From NCBI RefSeq assembly GCF_009914755.1, contig NC_060926.1: DNA of 64,000 nt, one strand, 5' to 3'. Shown one piece after another: positions 13,997 to 29,574 of the stretch. The position numbers and the translations under genes were made by a program. The stretch comes from the human T2T-CHM13v2.0 reference genome, Homo sapiens. The notes below the pieces were generated by a model, which was not told where the DNA came from, made no database searches, and saw nothing but the letters and a program-made list of their open reading frames with translations. The stretch's first letter is position 1, and each line of letters begins with the position of its first letter.

Positions 13997-16900
13997 CTGG
14001 CTCAGTTTTTTCTGCTATCAAATTGGGATGATAATCTAGACTCTCTTGTGACTTCAAGGAGCAGTTTTAGGGCTCAGGTGAACTGAAAGCTGTGAAAAGA
14101 TAAGTCAACGTTGGGCATTTTTATCACTATATTCACATAGATGACTTGGTGGCACGTGGCCTGAGCCTGAGCCCCACCTGGGACCAGGCTGGTTTCTGTT
14201 GGACCATTCTTAGTGTGGGATGAGGGTCTTTGGCCCACATTTCCTTGTGATGCCAGCAGGGTGCTGAGAAGACAGGGAGGGAGTGCCTGGCAGAGACAGG
14301 GACCTCCAAGATGCCTTCGAGGTTCTCCTACGGTTGGTTGGCTGGGATGGTTTTTAAAATGAGTATCAGAGCTGGCTCTGGAGGAGGCACCTGCAGGTTG
14401 GAGCAGGGCCTTCAAATTCATCTGACCTGGACCTGAGTCCCACTTTGCCTTCACTCACTGACCAGGTTCTGTAACCTCTCAGAACTTCAGTGTTCTCATC
14501 TGTAAAACGAGGCTTGCTATACCAAGCACCTAGGGCTGTTGTTAGAATTAGGTTAAATAATTCCATAAGTTAGTGGCCCAGTCATTGGGATTATTTTTAT
14601 GTTTTTCACTTTGAAGCATAGCTGCCGGGCCATGTTCAGATGCTCTTGGTTCTCGGGGGGGAGTGGAAACCTGGTGCCAAGCCCCAAAGACTCATTGCAG
14701 TAAAGCCACTCCGTCCTCTCTGAGTCCACAGGGGAAGCTGGCCAAGGTCACAGACCCTAGCTGCCTTGTGGACAGGACAAGAGTGCACACAGTGCAAGGC
14801 CCAGCCTGACCTTAGCTACGGGGAGGGCAGCCTGCTTTGCGGGGGAGAATGAGCTGAGGGACGAGGGAGATACCTTGGGTAATCTGTGCCCGTTGGGGCA
14901 GAGGCTCTGTGGTGGCAGGCTCCGGGGAGGCCCTGACCTACTGCCATGCCGGTTCAGCATCTGTTTTCTGACTTGAAGGAGGAAGGATGTGCCGAGCAGC
15001 TGAGGAATGACACTCAGTGCCTGGCATTTTGGAGGTGCCCTGACACTGGGTGGGGCTCAGTGCACAAACAGCAGGGTACCGGGTTCCTGGGGCCAGTGGC
15101 CTCTGCTGCTTATGCCCCATGTCTCAGGGTCCAGGACGCACCACCAGCTCTAGGCTTCTTTCTCTGTGTTCATTTCCGGAGCTGTGGCAGGTGGCTTAGA
15201 GGGGTCTAGGCCATGAGAGGACATGGAATCTTGCTTCTGCTTGGCAGGAAAGTTCAATAGGAGCGTCTTGGCTCTGTGACCTCTGATGAGATGATTTTAT
15301 TGTGAGCTTTCTGTTCACCCCTCGCCAGTGCTGCCTGAGGTCACATTCCCTGATGGGAAAGTAGAGGAGACGAAAGTAGAGGGTTCTGCAGGCCCATGGT
15401 TTGGGGGGTATGAGGGTGTGTCCCCCAGCACCTGCTCAGTGGGGATCAGAGGCCCCTCCCTACCCACCTTATCCCTGGGCTGGCACAGCCCCACACACAC
15501 ACCCTGAGCCCTGGCTCAGGACTCTGGGAAAACCTTAAGCTGATATAGGCTCCTGAAGTCCATCACCAACCCTGATGAGGAAGCCTGTCATAGATTCAGA
15601 TCAGAATGATACTTGAGCACTGCTGGCTTAATTAAGCTCCAGAATCAATTTTTTCAAAAAAAAAAAAAAAAAAAAAAGACTCACCCTACATGGAGAGAGA
15701 AGGTAATGCGGCCCTTTCTCCCTGTCCAGCAGCCCCCTCCCCAAACTGTCCTTCACTGTGCCTTTGGCTGTACCTCCTGCCCAGAGAGGGGAGCTTCTGT
15801 GACTGGGCCCCCTTCTCACTCCCCATCACGGGGACTCACTTCTAGAACCCGGGATCCAGAGGCCTAGCCACAGCCTCTTGACTGACCTGGAGGGCTGGGC
15901 CAGGCAGTGCTCCAGGATGGGTAGAGGCCCCTACAGACCTAGAACCTGATACCAGCCCAGGAAGGGGAGGAGAAAAGGCCCAGCCACTGGCCAGAGGAGA
16001 CGGCTGGCAAGGAAGTCAATTTCTTGGTGGCTCGTCAGGCTGCAGAGTCCCCCAGGATGTGACCCATCGGGCCCCTGGCCGCTGGTCCCTGCCCCTCTGA
16101 AAACAGACAACCCTTAGCCCCAGCTGAAGAGGCCTACTGGTGTTCTTCTACATCTCACTTGTAAAGGACCCCAGAAGAGAAAGGGACAGGTACTCACTAC
16201 CCCAGGAGACCCCCACCTAGGTTGGGCTCCTTGTGAGTCTGGGCTCTTCTCAGCAGGAGCCTCTTCTTTTGAGGCCCAGGGGGCTCTGGGGTGAACACAT
16301 CCCACCCCAGCACTGGGTGGGGCTGGAAGGGTTTGCTCCCCTCCCCACATCAGGGAAGTAGGACCCTGTGGCTTTGGAGCTGCCCTGGCTCTAGGAGGCC
16401 TGTGGTGATGGGAGTGGGAGGTTTTCAGCCTGGAGAGGCGCCTCCCTCCCTCCCGTTCCAGGTCTGGTTGGACAGGTTGAGGCTGACACACCTGAGAGAA
16501 TCCGGAATGCCAGAGAGCCTGGAGCTGGGCTGGAATGCCAGCCTCCCTGGAAGGGTGTGTCTATGTTCCAGGGTGGCGTTAGGGAGGGCCCTTTCTGTAG
16601 AGCAGGCTCCTCCCAGCAGCCCTGGTGTCCCCAAACGCAGGCTCCAGGGACCAGAAGGCTCCTGCAGCTTCCAGCTGATTCCTGGCTTCCCAGCTGGAAA
16701 GGCTGTTACAGAATCCCAGGAATGTGCCTTGAGCTCAGAAAGAAAATTCCCAAAATAACTTCTATAAATACTTGAGGGCAGGGGTGGGGAGGGAGGGCTC
16801 AGCCTGGCCCACAGCTGGCCTAGCGCCAAGGCTGCTTCCCAGGGCAGGCCCCCCCTCAAAGGAAGAAGAAGCATGCACACCCCTAGACCTTTGTGCTGCT

Positions 16901-19900
16901 CTGCCCTTGGAGGGCATCATCAGGCACTGAACTTATGGGCTGGGATGGTGTGCAGTGGAATTCTGAAAAGGCAAGGCCCTTTTCCCCTCATCCCCTCCCA
17001 GGCCACAGCCCCTGGCCACACACTGTGCCTCTGCAGATGACCTGGGTCCCACAGGGAGGCTCCCCACTGAGTGAGAGCCCAGACCCTAGCAAGACCTTAG
17101 GCCCCTTAGGTTCTGCACCTGCGTGGCCGTAAGAGGCAGGGCTTGCCAAGCTCCACGTGGGCAGCATCCCTGATCGGAGGTCCACATCTGTGTGTGTGTG
17201 GGTGTCTCTGGGTTCCCTGGCTCTGCATTTGGGCTACATCCTGAGCTCTGAGCCTTGTTGAGCTGCTGTCCTTTGGGGAATAACAAAGCAGGCAGGAGGC
17301 TGGGGCGCTGTCCCTCTCAGCCTGGGGAGGGGCAGGACAGGGATCACATCCATGAGCCCCACAGTAACTAAGCGTGACCTTGAGGCGGTTGTGTGGTCAG
17401 GAGGAGCTCCGCCCTCAGGGAAGGCTTCCTGGGAGAGCAGAGTCTGGAGCACTTGAGATGTGGCCACACATCCCCACTCCCTGAGATCCAGGAAGGGAGA
17501 GAAGGAGGGTCCTGAGGTGGGAATTTCTGGGGACTTCCCCCAGAGCCCTGCACCTCCCTGGAACCATGTCTGTGGCTATAACCAGCCCAAAGCGCCCCCT
17601 TGGAGGTACGATGTCTGATCGCCATAAACAACTTGGACATCACTTTCGAATCCCTGTGGGCTGGCAGCACAGCCATGGCATCTCCCAAGGGACGGTCAAA
17701 AACTGGAAGCCTCTCAGCAGATCTGGTCTCCTCTCTCAGCGTGGGGCACACCCTCACCAGGATGAGGGATGGGGGATTCACTTGGGACATTTGGATGAAA
17801 TTGAGATGTCAGTTCTTGTTCCCACCATCTCCCAGGAGGCCTGTTCTCTGGGAGGGTCGGGGTGCCAGGAGGATTGTCTGCAGGTCCTAGGTGCAGCGCT
17901 GGGCTCAGGGCAGAGTAGGTGAGACCTCGCATCTTCCTGGGGCTGTGTCTTGCCCAGTTGTCAGGCAGCAAACAGCGCTGAGTTGCTACCAAACATGAAC
18001 TCGGCTGGTGTCAGGGGCAGGTGGCAGAAGATCCTGTTACAGGCCCTGGGCCTCTGGGCCCCAGCCTGACCCCAGCCCGGTGTCTCCTTTCAGGTTCTAA
18101 GGTCAACATCCCAGGGTGGGGGGACATGAGCCAACCCACCCTAGCCTACAGTCCTCCCCCACAGAGAGCCATGCCCTCTCCCAGCTTCTAGAGAGATCAG
18201 TCACTCCACCCGCTCCCCACCTGGAAGGACCCTCTGCTCATCTTGAAGGCGCTGCTGTTTGCTGTCTGCCCCCGCGGTGATTTTTCAAGTTGATCATTGC
18301 AGAATCCTCACAAGAGCCCCGCGAGGAAGGACTGTTTCATTGCTTTGGTTTACAGATGAGGAAACCACAGCTCAGAGAAAGTTGGCCATTTGCCCGTGGT
18401 CACAGCACTTGTCAGTGGCAGAGCTGGGATTCCAACCTGGCCAGGGCTTCCGGCCACCAAGCCCTGAGCTTTTTCCTCCCTACAGACACACACAGGAAGT
18501 TACTGCAAACCTCCGAAACTGAGAATACACACACACACACCAGCCTGCAGACACATCTGGCCCCTTCCCAAACACCCACATACTTCTTGATATCAGGGGT
18601 TTTCAGACTTGTTTTTAGCAGTTGAGCCCATTTTTCAAACAGAATCCCATGTGGAAGCTCAATATAGAAAACTTAACGTGTGGAAGCCACTCCGGCCCTG
18701 GCCCTCTCTGGGAGGCCTTGCCGGCCTTTCCCTTCTGTCCTGTGTGGCTCCCTCCTGGGCAGAACTCACAGGGCTCAAACCCTCCATTTTTGGTGCTTAA
18801 TTTTGTGTCTGGCGGCCCGTCGGCTGGCCTCCTTCCCTCCTCCCTGTGGGCCGTGTTCCATTGTGAGCTGCTGGGGTCTGGCCCTTGGGTCTGGTGTGGG
18901 TGGAACAGCTAGGCCTGGTGCCCTGCTGGCCAGCCTGGCCACTACCCTTGGTCCCAGGCAGCCCTGAGTCAGCACCGCTCCCATCTGGCGAGAGCGTAAG
19001 ACCCTGCCTGAGGCTCCACCCCGCCTGCAGCCACCCTGTCCTCCCCTGGCCTCTGCACGCCTCATCCGTGTGTGTGGTTCCTTGCTACGGCTTTGCCCAG
19101 GGCTGACAGAGGCGCTGTGAGGACAGCCTCTTCCTCCCCCGCCCCCTGGCCGCAAGATCTCCAGCCAGCGCCTCTGGAGAGGGAGAGGCCTTTCCTAGGG
19201 CTTCCTGAGCGCCATCTTTCACTCCCACCGAACTGGTTGTGTTCCAAGCTCTCCGAGGACTTGATGAAACCAGGCATGCGCATCTTCCCCAGCGCGTCTC
19301 CATAGCAACAGAGGGCCTAACTCTGGGGAGCTCGCTGAGGAGGAAAATGTTCCAGCTAAAAATGTACATGGCCGTCAGTGGGCGGGCACCGGAGAGGGGG
19401 CTCCAGGCACATAGAAGGCAGCTCCCCACCCCCACTGCGGCCCCCGCCTGTCCAGGAAGTCGGTGGTGGGCTTTACCTCCCGTCTTGGAACAAGAGAAGG
19501 GCCCCCCGTGCTGTCATCTCATGCCACCCTCAGGGCTGAAACAGGGATCAGTGGGACGGCATGAAGCAACCTTTGTGGGACCTGAGGCTGAAAGGGGGCC
19601 CTGCCCCTCTCCCTCCACTCACTACCCTGTCCACCCTACCCACTTCCCAGTGTGGGTAGAAGAGGATGTAGAGGGGACAAGGTGCCAGTTTCACTTCCCA
19701 GCCTCTTCTTATGACTATTCCTGTTAGTTCCTCTATCTCTTTGGTAACAGGGTTGTTTGAGCCAAACAGCAGGGCCAAGCTTCCCTGTGCGTGACCCAGA
19801 CCCCCCAGGCCTTTCATCTTTCAGCCAATCCAGCCCGTTCACCCAGCACCCCATCCCCCGCCATCTGACTCTCCTCCCATGACCCTCTCCTGAGGAGCCA

Positions 19901-20321
19901 CCGCACACGCACACGTTTGAGCTTTTCCTCCCTGGTGGCAGTGGTGAAGGCCTGTAATGCGTCCTCCTCCGTCTCTCTGCGTCCCTGGAGTGAAGGGCAG
20001 CTCTGGGCAGCAGGAAGGACTGAGACGCATGGCCCCACTGAGTGAGAACACACTCCTGCCAGACACTTCTCAGAGCTTTACACCTCCTGACTCCTTTCAA
20101 CCTCACCGCGCTCTCGAGAGAGATGCTGTGATTTTTCCCATTTACAGATGAGGAAACTGAGGGCCAGAGAGCTGGGATTTGCCTAGGATCCCCCAAACAG
20201 TGTGACACAGCCAGGTCTGTTGACTTGAAAGCCAGTTCCTCGGGACCGGCAGGAACAGAGCTCCTGCAGTGGGTTTCCCAGGAGGCTGGGGTTAAAGCAG
20301 GGCTTGGGCAGGGCCAGGTAG

Positions 20322-20711
<390 letters not shown>

Positions 20712-22325
20712 CGACGCTGCAGCCGCAGGGAGGGAGGGGCTGGCCAGAGGGAGAGGCAGCAGGGAACGTGGGTCAGGGTGGGGCAACAGTGGCATCAGGT
20801 GCGGGGCCTCAGGGAAATACATCTTTAGTGAACGCCTCTGCAGCTGCAGCCCTCGTTCTCTTGGCTGGGCCAAGAGGGCCTTCCTGGATTTCTTTGTTGG
20901 TGCCTTGGGAAACAGTCTGACTTGAACCCTAAGTGCCTTTGGAGAGTTTTGTGGTGACCAGACTTGCTCCCCAAGAGCTGGGCAGCGGGGAGCCTCACAG
21001 CTGTCCTTCACCCTCACCCATGCCTCTGGCTTGGGGTCTGGGTGGGGGGTTCTCACTCCCCACTCTCAGCACAGTACAGACTTCTGGATCTCTCTCAGGT
21101 CTTGCCCAGGGCGGTCACAATGTGAAGAAACTGCGGGCAAGTGGGAAGACTATGAGATTTCTGGGTTCCCTTCTCAGACTTGGAGTTAGTAGATGATTCC
21201 TGCATTGCCCCTGCTTGCCCTCTGAGACCAGCTGGGCCCCACCTTGCTCTTTCCCCCTGCTACCAAGTGCCTTTGGGGCCTCTGGGGTCTGACCAGGGGT
21301 ACTGAGCACCGGCCCTAACACTTCCATCTCCACCCACCCCATCTCCCTGGCGATGTGCTCCAGCCCAAGCAGCCTCCGTAGGCTTTAGATCCTGTGGTTG
21401 CCAGATCCAGTCCTTTCTAATACCCTGAGTCAACACATTACTCCTGCAGGTCTTAGGCTACAATGCAGGTCCCTTGAGGGCCACCAACATGGAGGTAGGC
21501 AGTTTCTAGGACTGTCCCCAGTACATCTCACCACCCACAGCCCTTTTTTTGCCTTGATTCGAGCCTCACCCTGGCCTTTTGGCTTCCCCTGCCTGAGAGA
21601 GACCTGAGGAGGGGACAGAGCCCAGCCCCTCTCCTGTGGCTGAGCAGGCCTCTGTGTCCATGACACCTGTCTTCCGGGCCTGGGGGCTGTGGGTGTATGT
21701 CCTCCCTACTGGCTTCCCCGGCCCCTGCTGCATGATGCTCTTGGAACTCTTCCCCAAGGAGTCAGTCCCCCAGGCCTATCAGGGGATCCTTTTGTATCTG
21801 CACTTTGGGTTTTAGTTTCAAAGCTCCATCAGGTACAGCTTGCATTTCAGGATGTGTGGAAAGCTCGGGTGAGGGCTGCCCTGGTTCATCATAGCTCCAC
21901 CTTCCTCGGAAGGAGTGGGCTGTTGGAGACCCCCCATCCATGGCACACTAGCTCAGCACTGCATTTCCCGAGATGATTCCCAAGACAGCTGGTGCCTCCT
22001 GGCTTTCCTGTGCCAGGCCAAGGGGCACCACAGAGGACCCTGGATCCTTTGCCTCTTCTTGGTTGAAGGATCTCTATGTATGTGTGTATATAAATATAGT
22101 TTTTTATCTATATATATAAAATAGAGATCTATTTTTTTTCTGGAATTCTGTTAGAAAAGTAAAGAAAAAGCAAATGCTGTTGGTTTATCTCAGGGTGCCC
22201 AAAGTGGTTATAGTCAATTTTTGGTACTAGGAAAGGCACCCAATGCATTTCCTGACTTTTAAGCATTTCCTTGTTGGAAGCAGCAGAGGGCCAGGCCAAG
22301 TTGCTGACAGTGACTTTGCAGGTTG

Positions 22326-22331
22326 AATAAA
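22326..22331 (+). terminator. TTC7A: Candidate proximal polyadenylation signal AATAAA of TTC7A
   Basis: Canonical hexamer downstream of the AU-rich island at 22075-22175. Confidence 0.45.
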
Positions 22332-22900
22332 GAAACCCTTGGAGGGGAAGCAGGCTTGTCTGAAGCAGCATGTATATTCACTGGGCATGTAGCTCCCACA
22401 CCAGCCTTGAGCCAGGCCCTGGACAGGAGGGGCTGTTGCAGGATGAGGGAGGCCAGAGAAGGCATCGAAGCCAAGACCTGGGCCCAGCTGGGGAGGGATG
22501 TGGGAAAGGAAGGATGGGAGGGAGGACCCTCTGGGAAAATGTGGATTTGAGCTGGTGAGAGTGTTGCTAAGGCTGGGCTAAAGCCTGGAGAGGGTAGGAG
22601 GAGGCAAGAGGGGTCCAGGCAGGGCTGATCCTGGCCTCTGACCTGTCCAGGGCGACCCCTGAAGCCCCTGCTGCCTCTGGGCATTGCTGGGAGAGGCCAA
22701 GGCAGGACTCACGTCTGAACAGAGATCCCCTCGGGCATTGCTGATGGGCCACCTTCAGCTGCAGGGAAGAAGCCTAGGAGAGGAGGCATGGGAGGGACCT
22801 GGGCCTTGTTCAGATTGGCCACCTCTGCTGAGAAGTCCATACCAGTACACCCCTAATAAGTTATGCCACATACCAACGTACTGTGGATATTATAACCTGC

Positions 22901-22906
22901 ATTAAA
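22901..22906 (+). terminator. TTC7A: Candidate distal polyadenylation signal ATTAAA of TTC7A
   Basis: ATTAAA with AT-rich upstream context and a downstream T/GT-rich stretch (ctctgtttcttcctgt). Confidence 0.6.
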
Positions 22907-25900
22907 ACAACTCTAAAGAACGCTGCTCATTTACACAGAAGCTCTGTTTCTTCCTGTACCCCAGGGGGTCACCATAGCACCCCCAAGGCTGCAGCCACCT
23001 CATTTTGAAGACAGCTGCCCTGAGGCTTCCCCTCAAACCCAGGGCTGTTCTTGGCCGTCTGGACTCTTCCCTCTTGCCGCGCCTCCCGGCGGCCTGGCCT
23101 CCCCCAGTGCCCACCCTCCGCGCCACGCTCAGCCAGACATTGCTGTCCCCATAAGGAAGGGCTTTGCTTGCAGCCTTTGGGTGCCCAGCTTCTCTTGCTG
23201 TGGCCTTATTTTAAGGTAACACATTTACAAGCTTGAGTGATTGAACACTTGGTATCAAACTTCTTGTCATGTACCCTAACCCCCAGCTCATGGCCTCCTT
23301 GGGCGAGAAGTACAGGCCACCTTAGGTGGCAGGGGGTGTCTGCCAGCCTGGGGGAGAGGCTTAGAAACTCATCCTGCCGGGAGGGGAATGGAGGGAATGT
23401 GGAAGGAGGGAAGGCTCTGCCTTCCTCTTCTGACGGGAACAGGGTTTCCCAAGCTGACCTTAAGTTGGTCGAATGTTGGAGAGTCACGCAGCGGTGGAGA
23501 CCTGCTCAGGGCCCCAGGCACTGCCTTACCCCATTTGCCCATCTGCAGGCCCTGTGCTCACAAAGAAACCCTCACTGGAGAGTGAGGCACCTGGCTCCTG
23601 TGTCTAAACACACCATGCTGGGACCAGGGTTAGAGTCTGGGGACAGACCTCAGACTGCCTCTCACCCCCTCAGACTTCCACCCACGTGCCACTTTCCAGG
23701 ACACAGCTCCCACTTGTGCACTTACATATGAATAGTGTTTCCTGCAGGCACAAATATGAATGGCATTTCAGCCGCCACCACCCAGACTCCTTTCTGGTAC
23801 CAAAGTGCTCATTGTTGCACTCCTATCCCCCACCCAGCACTCAGATGTCGTCACTGTGCAAATATTTCTTGGGCTTGGGAAGCCTCTGACTAACCAAACC
23901 TCCCCATCCGCCTAGACTTTGATGATGACCCACGGGCAGGGAGCCTCATGCCTAAGTGGCCTGTGAAACTGACCCATGAGGTACTGATCCAAAGGATCCT
24001 GAGAGGTCAGGGAGTTCCTGACTCGAAAGGATCCCCCCACCACCCGTCCCCTGCCAGAAACTTCTTAGAATTTTCATCAAGCTCTTTCAGTTGCAAAGAA
24101 CAGAGACACCCTGAAGGTAACTCAAAAGATAAGAGGGAGCTCACTGGAGCCCTAGGGCAGGAAATGGAGTGCCCAGGCCTGGGGCCAAAGCAGCCACACA
24201 CCGTGAAGGAGACAGCAGGGTGACACTGCAGTCACCAGTCTGAGCTTGAAGGTGCAGCTCTACCACTACGAGCTGTGTGGCCTTGAGCAAGTTTCTTAAT
24301 CTCTCTTCAGCCGTTTCTTCATCTGTACAATAAGAATGGTGGTATAGTGCCTGCTCTGTGGATTATGATTAAGTGATCCTAGAACAGTGCCTGGCCCATA
24401 GTAATTGCTCAATACACATCAGCAATTATCACTCAATACACGTGAGCAATTATCTTCTCTGCCTTTGCTGGCTCCACCCTCCTCTTCCCGCTACTGACTT
24501 CACGGAGAGGTGCTGCTCCCCTAGAACCATATTCAACACTGCCCTGGCCCTCCAGCCCCACCCCTGACTGACCTACCACCTACAGCACTTTGGCCACTCC
24601 CCTCCTAATGGCTAAATCTTGAACGAGAGGATCTGATTGGTCCCACTCATTTTTCCATGGGTCACTAGGCAGCCCGCAGACTGATTTTCCTTGGATAGGT
24701 GCCTTCTCTTGATCCAATCAGCTATGACCAGGAGCCATGGGCCTCAGGACACATACGGCTGCTTTTGCAGCTGGAGTGCTAAGTGGGCAATGCCCTGGGC
24801 CCTTCTGGTCCCCTGCCTGTGTCAGCCCATCACGCCATGCCATGTCCTTTCTGGGCAATGGGTACAATGCAGGTCCCTCTAGAGAGGGCAGACAACAGAA
24901 CACAGCCCCTTAAACACCCTCCTTTCTCCTTCGCATCATCATCACCTTAGGGTCCATCCATGGAGGGGCTCCTGTCCTGCTTCTGGTCTTGGAATGAAGA
25001 TGACAATGGGAATAGTAACATGCCTCCTGCACTGTACTGCTAATACGATGCTTCACTTACCAGTGAACTCTCTTCTAATCACTCCTTTGATTGGGAACCT
25101 CTCCAATCGACAACCTTGGGAGGTGGGTTTTGTCCCCAAGAAAGGTGAAGAGATCACGGGGCCTCCACTCTCAGTGACTTGGTACAGGGCAGGGCCTGGG
25201 AGCACAGGGCCTTGCCCTTGGAAGACACTGTGTAGTGCCGCCTCACCCATTCTGGGCAGAGGCAGGAGCCTCCCCAAATCGCCGGAGCAGAAGGACCCCT
25301 CTGGGATCCATGGAAATTCGCATCACCAGGAGTCCTCTACGGGAGTGCCCAGGAGAGGAAGATACATGGGTCCAGGGGCCTCTTGGGTGCCCGGAACCCC
25401 CACTTGCCAGCCCCGCCCCACCACCAGCTTCGCCCCACTGGCTGCAGAGGAATGACAGTGCTCTGCGATGCCTACTACCCCAGCTCCTCTGCAGTGGGAG
25501 TAGAGGACCCTTAAGCAGCGGTCACACAAGAGGCTGGACATTGCCCCAAATAGGGTGTTCAGAAGATGCCCGAAAGCATGGGCAGCCATGGGAACTGCGT
25601 TGGGTCGTGGGGCCCCACGATCCTAACCACTCGCTGACGGCATCGTGGCTGGGTTCCAGAACCAGTGTGTCCCCCATGGGCTGGCCCACAGCCTCAGAGA
25701 TGCTGACACCCCCACATAGGGGCCCCCAACACAGGTGGGGGCTGTCATTGTTCTCTTGTTCTTGTTCCCGCTCACCCTCAGTCTCTCACTCTCTTAACTG
25801 TCTCTGGAATTTGGCAAGAAGTCCTTGTGGACTTCTTTAAAAACACGTATCATTGTTTCTTGAACCATTTGAGAACAGGTTGCATAAATGGTGCCCTGTT

Positions 25901-27161
25901 CCCCTTAATACTTCAGTGTGTGTTTACCAAGAACAAAGGTCATCCCTGTATCTAACCACAGCAGAGTTAACAAATAGGACATTCAACACTGCCACTGTGC
26001 TCTTATCTAATCCACCACCCCTATTTCAGGTTAGGCACTAGTTTTCCTTAGAGTGTTCTTCTCCAGCTCAGGGTCACACCCTCCATTTTACAGCCAGCTC
26101 CTTCTGCTCCTCTAATCTGGAAGAGCTCCTCCTCCTCTCCCTTTGCCTTTTGTGATGCTGACATTGCCGAAGGCTGCAGTGGCCTGGCCTCTGCAGTGTG
26201 ACAGTGAGGTAGGCAGAGGGAAGCGGGGGCGGGGGGGCAGCAGGGGGGGCCAGGGGGAGCAGAGGCTAGAAAGCAGCTGAAGCCAAGGGGCTGAGAGAAT
26301 GGAGAATCATTGATTGGTAGGAGCTAGAAGATAAAAGCAAAACTGAAGGGCAGGTGAATCTCTGTGCAGGCAGAGCTCTGGAAACAAAAGAAATGGCCAC
26401 CTACTTGCAAGGTGCATAGAGATGATGGAAACACTGGAGCTCCATTCCGTCCTGAATGAGCTTTCCAACTCCTGCGGCCTAACTGCGGGCAAGAGTCCCA
26501 TCTGCCTCCTCTCCTTATACGGTGGCCCCCATGAAGACTGGAGGGACCCTGAGTGTGAGTGTGTCTGTTCCTGGCAGCCCTGCACATCCCCAGAGAGAGG
26601 CTCACTCTGCTTCCCTGCACCATCAGACAAGCGGAAGCGGGACATGTTGCAGAACTTCACCGATTGCTTTTGTCTGTGGCACCCACACCCACTCAGAGAG
26701 CACATGTGCCAAGCTGGGAATGGGGCAGGCATGGGAGACTTCCTGAAGAGCAGCAGCTCTGACCCCTGAGGTGGGGCCCATCCCCACGTGAAGGTCAGGA
26801 GCACAGACGGTCTCCCCAAGGGTGCACACAGCTGAGCAGTCTCCTGCCACCCTGACTGTGATCTCTCATTTCAGCCTGGGCCCAGAAGGAAGAGGCCATT
26901 GCAAGCTTCCTCTCTCTTGTCTGTGCCAGGCCTGAGCCATCTCAGGAGCACACAGCTCACTCCCCAGCCCCCACGCAAGGGCCAGGGCTCAGTGGCTGTA
27001 GTGGTGGCATCCTGCCCAGCACACACACTCCCCCCCTAAGAACACCCACGCCAAGGGTACAGGGCCTGGTGCAAGCTGGGCTGAGCCCACAGAGGCCCCT
27101 CCTGTCCTGGGGGAGCTAGGAGAAGGGCTGGGTGCTCTCTCCCATGCAGAGAACTTTCTGA

Positions 27162-27594
<433 letters not shown>

Positions 27595-28772
27595 TTTCCT
27601 CTTTTCTTTTCCAGTCCATCAGGCCTCCTGTGGCCTCAAAGAGCCATGCCTCCCATGCCCACCCCACACCCTGCAAGACGCCTTTCCAGAATGCCCACTC
27701 CTTGCTTGTGCCTTGTCCTTTAAGATCCTTCCCACGCCTTCTAGAAGTCCTCTGCCAACTGCCTCCCACCTTACGGGGCCCTTATGCTTTGGCAGAACAC
27801 CCAGAGGCCAGCACAGCCCTGTGGGTTCTGCTTCTTGGGTTGGACCCCCACATTCCACATACCCGGGCTCAGCCACACGTGTGGGTGCCCCCATGAATGG
27901 AACGCCAAGCTGGGTCCCAGGAGGCGCCCCTGTGGCTGGGAGGCTTGAGGTACAAATGTGGAGTGAGGCCGCCATGTCCCCACCCACAGGCTGACCTTGG
28001 CCTTCTCTCTCTGCCCAGATGGACTTGCCCAAGCCATGCACCATCCCAGCTCTGTACCCTGGTGGTGTCTGGGAGGGGACTTTACACAGAAGCACAGCCC
28101 TCCTGAGCCTATTGTGGCTGTTCAAGGGCCTGTAATTGGTCCCAAAGTCATTATATTTTCTTAATAAAGTTCTACATATGTTTAATCCTATTCTATAAAT
28201 TACTTTATAAATATGCATCTTTACATTAGGATCTTCTGGGACACACGGGCCATTGAACACAATTTTCAGAACTTTCATATTCATGTCTATGAAGATATTT
28301 CAGATAAAGCACTTTAAAAAGTCTTGAATAATGTGGCCACCAGAGATTTTATCTGGAGCCATAAGTACCATTTATAAAACAGGAGAGTTCTTCCCATCGC
28401 TGACCCCATTCTCCATAATGCAACTTTTAACTAGATTGCTTTTTAAGTGATCTACAAAGAGCGTGTTGTAACATCTAACATGAGCAACCATAAAATCAAA
28501 CCTCTGGGGATGATTTATAAATCAGTTCTAAATTTCTTTACTACTTTTTTTTTTTTAATTATTTCATCAGATGATTTCCATCAGCATCCAACACCAGCAA
28601 TGACTGAGGTTATTCAGGCCAAGAGATCTTCCCTAAATAGTATTTTGTGACTCAAAATAATCCAAAGAGCCTCCCCACACTTCAAGGTGACTTTCTACAA
28701 GGCTTCTATTTCCTGATAGATCATTGTGAGGGATCCAGAGAAAGGTTAGAAAGAGAAAGGTTAGAAAGGTAG

Positions 28773-29574
<802 letters not shown>

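Larger units (their letters stand above)
20712..22925 (+). other. TTC7A: TTC7A 3' UTR (end approximate)
   Basis: Follows the stop codon and contains no Alu. Candidate polyA hexamers are AATAAA at 22326-22331 and ATTAAA at 22901-22906. Confidence 0.7.

Noticed and set aside
23315-23332. GCCACCT-T-AGGTGGC palindrome resembling a CTCF motif
   Set aside because: Several mismatches in the 5' half of the core motif; 7-bp arms are common by chance.
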